From: an uncultured bacterium
GTDB taxonomy: Bacteria > Verrucomicrobiota > Kiritimatiellia > RFP12 > UBA1067
Assembly: GCA_902763655.1 (NCBI GenBank)
Contig: CACWSW010000001.1
Span: 5,172 to 69,171 of the forward strand
Direction: 5' to 3'
DNA: 64,000 nt
Both the position numbers and the translations under genes were made by a program. Positions within the stretch are counted from its first letter, which is position 1. Each line of letters opens with the position of its first letter. Positions 46,157 to 56,141 of the stretch are shown one piece after another. The notes under the pieces were generated by a model, which ran no database searches, was not told where the DNA came from, and saw nothing but the letters and a program-made list of their open reading frames with translations.

Positions 46157-47206
46157 TTAGGCGGAGAACGCGGGCACTTCGGCCTCGTTCGCCTTCATCG
46201 GGTCCATGATGCGGACGGGGATGCCGAAGAGGCGCTTCTCCTTCCGGGCTTCGACGTGCTGGAACGTGATCGCGTTCCCGCGCGTGAGGCGGCTGAACAA
46301 CACGCAGACCTTCTCCCACATCAGCTTGTCCATGTAGAAGCACTGCTTCACGTCGTCGTCCATGACGCGCTGCGACAGACGGTCGATCAGCTCGACGTAG
46401 GACGCCTCGTAGCCCTTGGTGAGCATGAGGTCGCGCTGGATGTTGCAGATGCGCCCGCCGTAGCGGTAGTCGCGCACCGCGAGGCCGAGCTTCCAGTAGA
46501 TGTACTGGATGTAGGCTTCGTAGGTGGCGTCGCCGCCAATGTCGGGGTCGGGGATGTCCGTCACGCGCTTGTCGCTCTTCTCGATGCCGCCCGTGCCGGA
46601 CTTCTCCGGGTGGAAGCAGGTGATCGTGTTGGGCGACCAGCCGACGAGCGCGATGGAGCCGAGCTTCGTCTTGGCGCCGGTGTTGCCGGTGAGGCCGAGC
46701 GCGTTGAACACGTAGTGCGCCGATTCCGTGTCGTCCGCCGTCTCGCTGCCATACGCGCTGTAGTGCTTGAAGAGGCCGTTGATGCCGAGCGGGTTGTCGG
46801 CGATCAGGCCGTACACGAGCGCGTTGGCAAGCTCCTCCTTCATGCCCGTGATGTTGGCGCGGATCTCGTCCTCGAGCACCGCGTCCTTGTCGTCGGATTC
46901 GTCGTAGAGCTTCTTGTCCACGAGGATCTTCGTGGCCATGCGCCCGCACGACACCTTGATCTTGGCCTTGCTCCCCTTGTTGGAGGGGATGCCGCCGTAG
47001 TATGTGGTCCACACCGGCTTCGGCGTTTCCGTGCGCACCGTCGTCTGGAGCGCGGAGCCGTCGTTCGCGGGGATGACCGTGATGTCGTCCAGCATCTCGA
47101 TTTTCTTCGCGACGAGCTCGACGATCCGGTGGGCGAAGTTGCCCTTCGGGTCGAGGCCCTTCACGAAGTCAAGGTATGTCAGGACTCTTGTTCCGTTTAC
47201 CTGCAT
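46157..47206 (-). CDS. putative major capsid protein
   Basis: 349 aa. Position after the scaffold-like gene in the terS-terL-portal-scaffold-capsid order. No motif-level proof. Confidence 0.5.
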   Translation of the reverse strand: MQVNGTRVLTYLDFVKGLDPKGNFAHRIVELVAKKIEMLDDITVIPANDGSALQTTVRTETPKPVWTTYYGGIPSNKGSKAKIKVSCGRMATKILVDKKLYDESDDKDAVLEDEIRANITGMKEELANALVYGLIADNPLGINGLFKHYSAYGSETADDTESAHYVFNALGLTGNTGAKTKLGSIALVGWSPNTITCFHPEKSGTGGIEKSDKRVTDIPDPDIGGDATYEAYIQYIYWKLGLAVRDYRYGGRICNIQRDLMLTKGYEASYVELIDRLSQRVMDDDVKQCFYMDKLMWEKVCVLFSRLTRGNAITFQHVEARKEKRLFGIPVRIMDPMKANEAEVPAFSA

Positions 47207-47294
47207 TTTCCGATTCCTTGTTTTCGGTTTGCACGGTGCGTCCGTGCCCGTCCGCCGCCTTGTGTCGCACCCGCGAACCCGACGGCAAAATCAT

Positions 47295-48071
47295 TTACTT
47301 CCAGCTGCTCGCGATACCCTCGAACCCTGCGGACTGTCCGGTCGTGCCTCCGCCGCCACCGCCGCCCGCCGGCTGCATGTTCGTCGGATGATGCGCGCCG
47401 TACCACTTCATCAGTTCCAGGAACTCGGGATCGTTCCCGATCTCGGAGTTGCGGACGATGTAGTTCATCACGCCGTCCTTCGCGAAGGCGGCGTCGATTC
47501 CGGCGTTGATCTGCTCGAAGTCGGCCTTGCTGTACTTCTGGATCGCGGCATCGTGCATCCGCTTGTTGTCGGCAAAGCGCTCGGCGTTGCGCTCCTTGAA
47601 CTGCTCAACCTGGTAGCGCGCGAGCGCGTTGACGAGCTTCCCTGCCGTTTCGACCGAGATGCCCGCCTCCTTCAGGATCGGGGCGACGGCCTTCATCGCG
47701 CCCTGGTCAACCTCGACGTCCTTGGCGATCTCCGCGTCGATCGTCACCTTCGTCGCATAATCCTCGACGTTTATCTCCGTCGGCGGCGTGGTCGTCGCTG
47801 GCGGCGTGGTGGTTGCGGGCGGCGTGGTGGTCGCTGGCGGCTCTCCCGCCGCAACAGGAATGGTCGGCTCCTCGCCAGCAGGCGGAGTAGTCGTAGCCGG
47901 CGGCGTAGTGGTCGCGGGCGGCGTGGTGGTCGCGGGCGGCGTGGTCGTAGTCGGCGGCGTGGTTGTTGCCGGTGGCGTGGTCGTCGCCGGTGGCGTTGTC
48001 GTCGTCGCCGGTGGCGTGGTCGTCGCTGGCGGCGTGGTTGTTGCCGGTGGCGTGGTCGTCGTATCTTCCAT
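47295..48071 (-). CDS. putative scaffolding/head protein with N-terminal (TTPPATT)n repeats
   Basis: 258 aa. The first ~100 aa are ~13 tandem 7-aa TTPPATT units. The C-terminal half is alpha-helical and charged. Located between portal and capsid. Confidence 0.45.
   Translation of the reverse strand: MEDTTTTPPATTTPPATTTPPATTTTPPATTTPPATTTPPTTTTPPATTTPPATTTPPATTTPPAGEEPTIPVAAGEPPATTTPPATTTPPATTTPPTEINVEDYATKVTIDAEIAKDVEVDQGAMKAVAPILKEAGISVETAGKLVNALARYQVEQFKERNAERFADNKRMHDAAIQKYSKADFEQINAGIDAAFAKDGVMNYIVRNSEIGNDPEFLELMKWYGAHHPTNMQPAGGGGGGGTTGQSAGFEGIASSWK
47775..48068. repeat. 21-bp tandem repeat array (coding TTPPATT)
   Basis: ggcggcgtggtggtcgctggc-type units repeated ~13 times, visible directly in the sequence. 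Confidence 0.6.
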
Positions 48072-48073
48072 TG

Positions 48074-48424
48074 CTAGTCCTCGTTCTTGTCGTTGCCCAG
48101 CTTCGCCTTGGCCCTTGCCTTGGCTATGGCTGCGAAATGCTTTCGGGTGAGTTCGCCCAGAAACTCTGGGCCGCCGTCCGCGATGGCGAGCGAGCGCTTC
48201 AGGAATCCGACAACGCTGCGCTTGCCCTGCGTGAATGCGTCAAGCTCGTCCGGCGGGATCGACTCGCCGAACAGATTCCAGTTGACGTACTGGAACCACT
48301 GGCGGAAGTCTTCGTTCGCGACGAGGCGCGAGAGGGATTCGCGGAGTTCCGAGAACCGGTGTGCCTCCAGCTCCTTCTGCTCTCGCTCCTCGTTGGGCGA
48401 TGCGGCTGCGAACGGATTGTTCAT
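48074..48424 (-). CDS. hypothetical phage protein
   Basis: 116 aa. ATGA-type coupling with the portal gene. Confidence 0.4.
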   Translation of the reverse strand: MNNPFAAASPNEEREQKELEAHRFSELRESLSRLVANEDFRQWFQYVNWNLFGESIPPDELDAFTQGKRSVVGFLKRSLAIADGGPEFLGELTRKHFAAIAKARAKAKLGNDKNED

Positions 48425-50166
48425 GCCGCGCCTCCGTTCTGCGCCATCGCCGCCGCCAGCTGGCTGCCGGCGTGGTCTTCGTCGAGAGGTATGCTGCCGA
48501 CGTTCTTGGCCGTGTCCGCCGCGACCTGCGCCTTCGCAAGCTGCGCCTGCTCCTCCGCCGCCTGCCTTTCGGCCTCTTCCGCCTCCGCGACCTCCTCGTC
48601 GCTCTTCAGGCAGGATTCCGGACAGCCGATCAGCTCGGCAAGCGTGGTGAGCATCTTGTCGGCGTTCACGCGGTGGAGCGCGCCAGGCACTCCGCCCTTG
48701 GCCATCGTCGCCGCCGTGTCGAAAATCTGCTGGATGCCGACGATGACGCTCTGCTTCTGCGCAAGGTGGATCGCGGAGACGTACTCCACGTCCACGCTCG
48801 CCAGCTGCCTGGCCTGTTCCGGCGTGAGCGGCTGCGGCATCGCCGCGACCGTGTACTTCGCCATGATCGAGACGAGCGGATCGAGAAGTTCCGTGTCGAA
48901 GAGCGTTGCGACCGGCGCCAGGCGCTGCATGGCCTCGCGGACGTGCGCCTCCACCTCTGTTGCCGTCATGCGGCCCGTCTCGCCCCTGCGCACCGCGTCG
49001 ATCACGCTGAAGGCGTCGTTGTAGAAGAGACGCGCGATCTCCTGCGTGGCGTCTGCGCGCTCCTCCCTCGCCCCCTCCGGCCCAGGCGGATTCGGAAACA
49101 CCGGCACGACCGGCGCGGCCCTCTGCTCGCCGAAGCGCGCGTAGTTGACGGCTCCGCGATAGAGACGTAGGCCCTCGTCCTTCATCTCGTCCGCCGCGAC
49201 GACGGCCGGCTCAGACTGCCGCCCGACGATATTCAGCTCGTCGAACTTGAACGACTGGCATCCTCTCGCCAGGTCTAGCGCGTCGATCCCGGGTCCCAGC
49301 CCGTACACGTCTCCGTCCTCGCACTCCATCCTCGGCGCCACGATGGGCTTGATCGAGAATCCGATCGCCCGCAGGAAGCCGTCGTTCTTGTGGCCGGCGG
49401 CCTTCTTCAGCCAGAAGATGGAGCGGTAGACCGTCTCGTCCGACATCTTCAGCTCGCGGGCGATCTCGTCGTCCTTCTTCGCGTCGCCGGTCGCGTTCGG
49501 CTCGATGAGGTTGCACACCTCGAAGCGCGCCGTCGGGTTCTTCTCCGCGTCGATGACGTACTGCGGGCAGGTCTCGCGCCCGAAGTTCTGGATGATCTGC
49601 GCCGCCGTCCACGCGAAACGCCTTACGCACGTGTCAACCTGCCCGTCATCGCCGACTCCGAGCGCGTATGTGCCCACGCGCAGGGTCGTCATGCGCGCGA
49701 TCCGCGCCTTGTCCGCCGTCACGACCGCGCAGCTGAATCCGAACGAGAGCAGCTGCTTGTACATCCGGTTCAGCATCGGATAGGCGTTCGAGCGCGAGAA
49801 CGTCCATCGCGTCGCCTGGGTCATGTTGTCGAGAAGCTTCCTCTGCTCGTGCGTGGTCTCGCCGTCCGGCGTCATGAAGTCGGGCAGCTTGAACCTGAAC
49901 CACGGCGTCGTCGGGCTGGTGAGGTTGCCGTGAAATCCGGCCGCGCCACGGCGCATGCAGTCCATCGGAACCGTGGTCAGCATCCGGTGGTCGTCGTCGT
50001 GCTGGTAGCCGTCGGCCATCTCCTCCACGCCCTTTGCGAGGCCAGGTATCGCTGCGGGATAGAACTCGCGCGCGACGTCCAGCAGAAGCGGCCTGCGCTT
50101 CTCGAACGCGTTGAAGAGCTGCGTCTCGACGTGACGGCAGTGCTTGGCTATGAGCGCGTAGTCCAT
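48421..50166 (-). CDS. putative portal protein
   Basis: 581 aa ORF directly downstream of terL. Acidic C-terminal tail. Assigned by position and size. Confidence 0.55.
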   Translation of the reverse strand: MDYALIAKHCRHVETQLFNAFEKRRPLLLDVAREFYPAAIPGLAKGVEEMADGYQHDDDHRMLTTVPMDCMRRGAAGFHGNLTSPTTPWFRFKLPDFMTPDGETTHEQRKLLDNMTQATRWTFSRSNAYPMLNRMYKQLLSFGFSCAVVTADKARIARMTTLRVGTYALGVGDDGQVDTCVRRFAWTAAQIIQNFGRETCPQYVIDAEKNPTARFEVCNLIEPNATGDAKKDDEIARELKMSDETVYRSIFWLKKAAGHKNDGFLRAIGFSIKPIVAPRMECEDGDVYGLGPGIDALDLARGCQSFKFDELNIVGRQSEPAVVAADEMKDEGLRLYRGAVNYARFGEQRAAPVVPVFPNPPGPEGAREERADATQEIARLFYNDAFSVIDAVRRGETGRMTATEVEAHVREAMQRLAPVATLFDTELLDPLVSIMAKYTVAAMPQPLTPEQARQLASVDVEYVSAIHLAQKQSVIVGIQQIFDTAATMAKGGVPGALHRVNADKMLTTLAELIGCPESCLKSDEEVAEAEEAERQAAEEQAQLAKAQVAADTAKNVGSIPLDEDHAGSQLAAAMAQNGGAA

Positions 50167-50175
50167 CGCGGCCCC

Positions 50176-50439
50176 TTACGATCCGAGCTTGGACGACTTT
50201 CCGCCGAACGACGACCAGGTGGAGCGGATGCCGGTGAGGCGGCTGCGCGCGAGCGCCTGGTTCTGCTGCGCGGTCTGCGTATCGACGCTGATGTCACGCG
50301 CGACCGCAGGCGTCACGACATCGGTTGTCGGCGACTGCACCGTCGGCGCGATCGGCGCGGACGACGCCGCAGCCCTTGTCACGGTCTGCTGTGACCTGAC
50401 AGGTGCTGAAGCTGCTTTGCTGCTCGATTTGTGTCCCAT
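50176..50439 (-). CDS. small hypothetical phage protein
   Basis: Start at MGHKSSSKAASAPV. Ser/Thr/Ala-rich, 87 aa. Confidence 0.3.
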   Translation of the reverse strand: MGHKSSSKAASAPVRSQQTVTRAAASSAPIAPTVQSPTTDVVTPAVARDISVDTQTAQQNQALARSRLTGIRSTWSSFGGKSSKLGS

Positions 50440-50623
50440 GGTTTCGCTCCTTGCTGGTTGTCTCGTGTACGCGTAGATCATACACCACGCTACGAAAAAA
50501 TCTTTCTGCGCGCGGAAGGGCGAAAAGTTAAAAGGGCGCAAGGGAACGCAATAAGCGATATGAGCGCGTCGCGCCCGCAAAAAAAAGATTAAAAACGCCT
50601 CTTTTTCGCTTGACAGGTTTTCG

Positions 50624-52192
50624 TCAGCGCGCAAAGAGCCGGTTCGACGCTTCCCGTCGGCCGGCCTTCTCGCCCTGCGCCCCCGTCGGCGCTCCTCCCT
50701 CCGGAGGCGTGAAGTCGCGAAGCACCTCCTCGTCCGTGAGGTCGGCCATGCAGTCGATCATGTCGTCGTGCGGGATGCTCGCCTGGTCGCCCGTGTAGAG
50801 AAGAAGTTCCTCTTCGACCATCTCCTGCACGAGGTCGTATATCTGCGCTTCCGGCGGGCGTCCGTCGCCCGGTTCCACTATGCGGGTGCGCACCATTCTA
50901 AGCGGAAGCACGATGTCCCTCTTCGCGAACGGAACGACAAGCCGCATGATTCGGAAGTCCTTGTTCGTGTTGTGCCGAAGCTCTCGGACGGTGAAGTGGT
51001 AGAGCCGTCTGTCCATCTCGATCCGCAGCGCTTCCACGTCGCTCATCGGCCCGACTTGCTCCCACCAGACGCAATCGACCTTGCGCGGCCCGCCGAAGCG
51101 TTCGACCAGGCGAAACAGTTCCTTAATTTTTTCGTCCAGGTTGAGCCGCGCATGCACTCCGTCCAGCAGATACGAGCGTCCGTCACGGTTCTTCCCCCAC
51201 ACCTGGATGCCGGTGTAGTCGCTCGTCTTCTTCTTCGACTTCGCGCCGTCCACGAGGATGATGATGCGCATCTGCCGCCAGTCGATTTCCCCGGAGTAGT
51301 ATTCGAGCCATTCGCGCCTGAACACCGTCTTGCCAGCCCGCCTCGGATCGCAGTCGAGAAGGGCGGCCGCCTGGTACGGCCCAAGCTGTGAACGCTGCAT
51401 GGCGTACCACGAATCGCGGTAGTGTTCGGGAAAGAGCGTATTCCAGCCGTCCGGCCCGTCCTTGTGCGCCGGATAGATAAGCGACTCGTAGCGCGGATAG
51501 TCGGGATTCTTCTTCATTTCCTCGTAGATTCGTCCCACGAGGTCGTCAACATGCCAGCGCGTGGCGCACACGATGATGATGTGCGCGGGCGCGTTCGTGC
51601 GGGTGCAAAGGTCTGTCTTGAACGATTCCCATGTCTTGTCGCGCGTGGTCTGGCTCTCGGCCTCCTCCGCGTTCTTGCAGTAGTCGTCGATGATGATAAG
51701 ATTGCCGCCCTTGCCGGTGATCGAACCTCCAAGGCCCTGCGCGTAAACCGACGAAACGGAGTCCTTGATGCGCCATTCGTCCGTGGCGTTCTTCTCCGGG
51801 TCGATCCTCATGCCAGGAAACAGCCGTCCGTACGCCTCGCCCTCGACGATGTTCTGCACGTTTGAGCTGAAGCCCTTGACAAGCGAGGATCCGTAGCCGG
51901 ACATGATGACGTTCGGCTGCATGTCGCGGCACCGTCCGAGGAAGTATGCCGGCAACGCGCGCGAAACGAGGTCGCTCTTGCCGTGGCGGAAGGGCATGTT
52001 CACGATGAGGTATGTGTCTATCCCACGCCGGAAGTCCTCGACGGCCCGCGTCAGCCGTGCGCAAAGCTCGCGCGTGTGCCGTCCGATATGCAGCGGCGAC
52101 GGCATCCACCAGACGTATTGCAGGAACGCCAGCAGGTTTCCCTGCGCGGCCCTGCGCAAAAGCTCTATCCTCGCTTCCCTCGGCCCGATCAT
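50624..52192 (-). CDS. terL: terminase large subunit
   Basis: 522 aa. Walker A-like FRHGKSDLVS, ATPase and nuclease regions. ATGA overlap with terS. Confidence 0.8.
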   Translation of the reverse strand: MIGPREARIELLRRAAQGNLLAFLQYVWWMPSPLHIGRHTRELCARLTRAVEDFRRGIDTYLIVNMPFRHGKSDLVSRALPAYFLGRCRDMQPNVIMSGYGSSLVKGFSSNVQNIVEGEAYGRLFPGMRIDPEKNATDEWRIKDSVSSVYAQGLGGSITGKGGNLIIIDDYCKNAEEAESQTTRDKTWESFKTDLCTRTNAPAHIIIVCATRWHVDDLVGRIYEEMKKNPDYPRYESLIYPAHKDGPDGWNTLFPEHYRDSWYAMQRSQLGPYQAAALLDCDPRRAGKTVFRREWLEYYSGEIDWRQMRIIILVDGAKSKKKTSDYTGIQVWGKNRDGRSYLLDGVHARLNLDEKIKELFRLVERFGGPRKVDCVWWEQVGPMSDVEALRIEMDRRLYHFTVRELRHNTNKDFRIMRLVVPFAKRDIVLPLRMVRTRIVEPGDGRPPEAQIYDLVQEMVEEELLLYTGDQASIPHDDMIDCMADLTDEEVLRDFTPPEGGAPTGAQGEKAGRREASNRLFAR

Positions 52193-52695
52193 TCCTTGAC
52201 CTCCTCGGATTCAACGTCGATCGTCTGCGCATCCTGGTCGATGATGGCTTGCAGGTCGGCGTCGCTCATGCCCTCGACGCCGCGCGGCGTGTAGCTGTCC
52301 GCCTTGCCGCCGTCCTTCAAGATCGTCTCCTCCGGCGCGTTCAGGCCTTTCAGCTTCGCCAGAACCTCTATTCCCTTCAGGGCGCCCTTGGAAAGCAGCA
52401 GCCCGGCCTGGTCCGCTTCCATGACGCGCTCGTACAGCTTGTCGGCCAGGTCTTCTCCGCGCCTCTCCCACATTTCGCGGTTCTTGCGTTTCGCTTCCCC
52501 GGCAAGCTCCGCGATCCGGCTGATGATGTCGGCCCGCTTCGTCAAGCGGCTCGCACGGTTGTCTATCGTATGGACGCGCCTCTTGTCTGACGTTATCGCA
52601 AGCGAGAACGCTTCGGAATAGGCCTCGCGGGCAGTCGATCCGAGCGCCGAGAGCTGGCAGAACCGCTCCTCCATCAGTGTCAGGCCTTGTTTCAT
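52189..52695 (-). CDS. terS: terminase small subunit
   Basis: 168 aa. N-terminus LTLMEERFCQLSALGSTAREAYSEAFS...ASRLTKRADIISRI matches the Terminase_2 small-subunit pattern. Confidence 0.7.
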   Translation of the reverse strand: MKQGLTLMEERFCQLSALGSTAREAYSEAFSLAITSDKRRVHTIDNRASRLTKRADIISRIAELAGEAKRKNREMWERRGEDLADKLYERVMEADQAGLLLSKGALKGIEVLAKLKGLNAPEETILKDGGKADSYTPRGVEGMSDADLQAIIDQDAQTIDVESEEVKE

Positions 52696-52769
52696 CCCTC
52701 GTCACTCCCGATAACTCCCGAAAACACCCTGTTTTTCAAGCGCCTTGCGGCGTTTGAAGCCAAACGGAC

Positions 52770-52787
52770 GATCACTTCGAAGTGATC
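52770..52787. promoter_or_regulatory. 18-bp perfect palindrome GATCACTTCGAAGTGATC between replication and packaging modules
   Basis: Exact reverse-complement symmetry. Located ~75 bp upstream of the terS start and right after the primase stop. Confidence 0.4.
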
Positions 52788-52788
52788 A

Positions 52789-55782
52789 CTAAAAATCCCA
52801 GTTGAAATCATCCGTTTCATTTTCTACGTTCCCTTCTTCTTCTTGCAAGGGGAGCGGGGAAGGCGCGCGCGCGCGTGCTGGCGCCTGGTACGCCCCCGCG
52901 CCCCGCGTGGCCGTGGTTTCCGCGTCCGGTGGGTTAGGTGGATTAAAAAGGCGATTTTCCACAAACCCGTGCGCGTTCGCGCTCTCATGGGTTTTGGCAA
53001 AAGTGGCTTCGGAATCCACCAAACCCACCGACATTCGACCGAGCGCGGTCATGCCGCGAAACGCATAGACGCTCCGGCCCTCGCGCAATTTCGGCTCGTC
53101 CATGCGGAAAACGATGGAAAACTGGCGCATATACTTGTTTAGCGCCTTGCCGACACGACGGGACGAGAAGATGACCTTCGTCTTGTCGTCCTCGTCGTCG
53201 CCCTGCTTGGCGATTATAAGCTCCGACATTTCGCCAGCCGTGCCGGTCCACTCGTAGCCCTTGTCGCTCAGCACGGCCATGATCTCCTTGGTCACGGCGT
53301 CGTTCATCAAGGGGAGAATGGCCTTGTCGGCCTCCGCAGCGCCTAGGGCCTGGATGACTCCTTCCTCGTCACCGATCGCGCGGCCGACGCGCACGGAGAA
53401 CTCGCCGTAGTCCGGATGACGCCGGTTGATCGACTTGTCCACCGGCTCCTTGTCGAGCAGGACCTTCGCGAGCGTCCGCGCGATCCACGTCAGGTACTCG
53501 TCGCGGTTCGCTGCGATCTCGGCCGAAAGCTCCGCGTCCTGGCTGACGTTCCGGTTCAAGGTGAGCGGGATCGTGATAAGCCGGTCGGCAAGTCCGCCGT
53601 TGCCCTCAGTCGAGAAGATGGGGTTGTTCGACGTGAGGATGATGTGCGCGTTCGCGCGGAGGATCGAGACGCCGAACGTCGTGTAGAGCGTCCTGCGCTT
53701 CGTCTGGCCGTCCGTGGCCGCCGTCTGTAGGGTGTCGCTGGCCCACTTGACCTTGGTGTCGAAGTTGTCGAAGACTTCGAGCTTGCCGTCGTTGACCGTC
53801 GCCCAGAACGCGTCGAGGCCCTTGTCGCCGTCCTCTATCTGCTGCACGGAGAGGTCGAGCGCGCCGTCCTGGCGCATCCCGAGGATTTCCTTTATCCCCT
53901 TGGCCATGCGCGTTTTGCCCGATCCGGCGCCGCCTGTGATTAGAAGGGGCGGCTTCGTCGCGTGGCAAGCGAGGAGGTTCATCGTCCAGAGCCGCACGTT
54001 CATGAGGCCGTTCGCGTCCGCGAAGCTCGCGCCGGTGAATATCTTGGCCGTCGCGAACGGATCCTTCCCGTCGCCCTCGAGGAGCTTCCAGGGCGCGAGC
54101 GTCTTGCCCCGGAGGAACACAACTCCGTCCGTCCCGTTTTGCACGATCTCGCACTTGCCGTCCTTCACGCGGCACATCGAGGTGTCGCCTGATGAAATGT
54201 ACACCGCGTCGCCGCGCCTCTCCCAGCTGTTGCCGGGCCTCACGCCGCGCGAATAGTCCTCGTTTACCGCTATCTGCTTCACAAGCCCCAGCACCTTCGC
54301 GAGGTCGCCTTTCTTCGGATCGACGTCCTCGAGCTTGGCGTTCCTGGCGACGAACGCGAAGAACTCGTCGCTCATGATCCGCATCAGGGTGCAGCTCTTC
54401 GCGTCCCGGTCCAGGAACATGCACGTCGCGAAGTCCCGGTAGTCGCTGTGCCAGAAGAAGCTGCCGCGCATGATGAGCCATATCGCCGCGCTCCACGCCT
54501 TCAGGCGCACGGGAACGCCCTTCGGAAGCTCGTTGTTCGGGCATTTGCGGCTCACGGCGTACACCGAGGCCGCGAAAACGCGCTCGACCGTCCAGCCGTA
54601 TTCAAGCGTGATCGTCGCGAAGCGGCCTCCGCCAATGTCGAAATCCACCGCGTACTTTTCCACGTCTTCGTCGGGGGCGCGGGGGACGGGCGCGCCGAAC
54701 CTGCCGCGCGCCGGCTTGTCTGGTGTATCTGATGCGGTATCGCCGCCGCCGTTTCTCTGGCCGCTGGCGCGGCCTTCGGCGGCGGCAACATCCGTAGATG
54801 TGCGCTCCGCGAACGTCCGTCCGTCGTCCTTCGCCGCAAGCTCGAGCGTCGCCGCGTCGAAGTTCCACTCGTCCGGCCAGGGCGCGGCCTCCTTCACCGC
54901 TTCCATGAACGCGGCCCTGTCCGCCTTCAGCCCGGCCTTTCGCCTCGCCTCCACCCAGTCCGTGAAGTCCTTCGGATGCTCCTCCCCGACCGGCGGCATG
55001 ACCATCAGCTTGATCTTGCCCTCGAAACCTGCCGCCAGGAACTGGCGCCGCACGTCCGCCGCATGCTTCTGTCCGCGCCAGTGTTCGATCTCCTCCTCCA
55101 CCGTCTCGCCCCGGACGTGCTTCGTCACCTTCTTCGTCCTGGGGTCGTTGTCCGCTATGATGATGATCCCGCCCGCGCCCTTGAACCAGTCGATCCAGTC
55201 CTTCGGGAACTTGAAGCCCCACTTCATCGCGCCGGCGACGTTGCAGGTCGCCGCGCATCCGCAAACCTCCTCGACCGTCATCACGTCCTTCTCGCCCTCG
55301 ACGACGACGATTGTCTTGCCGGCCTTCGCCGCCGCGACGACGCGCGGAAGACGGAAGGGGACGCGGGCGATGTTCTTCTTGGAGAGTCCGAAGCTCCATC
55401 CGAACTTCGCCTCCGGATCGGGCGTCTTGATGATGAACGTCTTCTTGCCGTCCTCCTTCACGTACCGGCAGCTCTTGTAGAGGACGGTTCCCTGTTCGTC
55501 CGTGTAGAGGTAGTCGCACACCCACTTGCCCCAGCGGCCCTTGATCGTCCGCTGCGGCCTGTCGTTCGACGGCATCAGGTCCGCCATCTTCAGCCCGACG
55601 GCGCTGACGACCGCATCCGCGCTGCATCCGACGTGGCAGTGTACGAGCCAGCGCCCGTCCTCGCCGCGCGCGATCGAGAGCGACGGATTGTCGTCGCCGT
55701 GCGCGGGACACCGGGCGATCCATCCGCCGCCCGTCTGCCGCACACCCTCGAACTTTCCCAGAAACTCGCTTTCGGAAATCAT
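52789..55782 (-). CDS. DNA primase-helicase (CHC2 zinc finger + Toprim + P4-type P-loop NTPase)
   Basis: Start at MISESEF. CPAHGDDNPS...HCHVGC zinc finger. Toprim VVVVEGEKD / IIIADNDPRTKK. Walker A LLITGGAGSGKTRMA. Confidence 0.75.
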   Translation of the reverse strand: MISESEFLGKFEGVRQTGGGWIARCPAHGDDNPSLSIARGEDGRWLVHCHVGCSADAVVSAVGLKMADLMPSNDRPQRTIKGRWGKWVCDYLYTDEQGTVLYKSCRYVKEDGKKTFIIKTPDPEAKFGWSFGLSKKNIARVPFRLPRVVAAAKAGKTIVVVEGEKDVMTVEEVCGCAATCNVAGAMKWGFKFPKDWIDWFKGAGGIIIIADNDPRTKKVTKHVRGETVEEEIEHWRGQKHAADVRRQFLAAGFEGKIKLMVMPPVGEEHPKDFTDWVEARRKAGLKADRAAFMEAVKEAAPWPDEWNFDAATLELAAKDDGRTFAERTSTDVAAAEGRASGQRNGGGDTASDTPDKPARGRFGAPVPRAPDEDVEKYAVDFDIGGGRFATITLEYGWTVERVFAASVYAVSRKCPNNELPKGVPVRLKAWSAAIWLIMRGSFFWHSDYRDFATCMFLDRDAKSCTLMRIMSDEFFAFVARNAKLEDVDPKKGDLAKVLGLVKQIAVNEDYSRGVRPGNSWERRGDAVYISSGDTSMCRVKDGKCEIVQNGTDGVVFLRGKTLAPWKLLEGDGKDPFATAKIFTGASFADANGLMNVRLWTMNLLACHATKPPLLITGGAGSGKTRMAKGIKEILGMRQDGALDLSVQQIEDGDKGLDAFWATVNDGKLEVFDNFDTKVKWASDTLQTAATDGQTKRRTLYTTFGVSILRANAHIILTSNNPIFSTEGNGGLADRLITIPLTLNRNVSQDAELSAEIAANRDEYLTWIARTLAKVLLDKEPVDKSINRRHPDYGEFSVRVGRAIGDEEGVIQALGAAEADKAILPLMNDAVTKEIMAVLSDKGYEWTGTAGEMSELIIAKQGDDEDDKTKVIFSSRRVGKALNKYMRQFSIVFRMDEPKLREGRSVYAFRGMTALGRMSVGLVDSEATFAKTHESANAHGFVENRLFNPPNPPDAETTATRGAGAYQAPARARAPSPLPLQEEEGNVENETDDFNWDF

Positions 55783-55988
55783 ATCCCGCCTTCCTCTTCG
55801 CGCCTGACTTCGATCACTTCGATGTCGCGCATTTCCGCAAGGTCGCTCGGCGTGGGCCGGTTGTAGCTGCGGTCGTCCATGACGAGCCGGTACTTGACGT
55901 TCCTGGCCGCCTTCGCCCTCGAGACGGCGAACGTCCTGCGCGTCCCGCAGTCCGTCCTCACCGTCCACCAGCATTTGTCCCGTTCCAT
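55779..55988 (-). CDS. small hypothetical phage protein
   Basis: 69 aa. ATGA overlap with the primase start. Confidence 0.3.
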   Translation of the reverse strand: MERDKCWWTVRTDCGTRRTFAVSRAKAARNVKYRLVMDDRSYNRPTPSDLAEMRDIEVIEVRREEEGGI

Positions 55989-56003
55989 GCCTTGCTCCTT
56001 TCC

Positions 56004-56141
56004 TTAGAACGTCACCGTGGCCGTCAGCGTCGCCGCCGCGATCCAGTAGATGAACCTGCGCCAGTCGCCGCAAGCGGCGTACACTACCGCCGCAGCGACG
56101 TCCAGGACGATCAGCGCGACCGGAAATATCTTCGCAATCAT
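56004..56141 (-). CDS. small membrane peptide
   Basis: 45 aa hydrophobic peptide (MIAKIFPVALIVLDVAAAVVYAACGDW...). Confidence 0.25.
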   Translation of the reverse strand: MIAKIFPVALIVLDVAAAVVYAACGDWRRFIYWIAAATLTATVTF

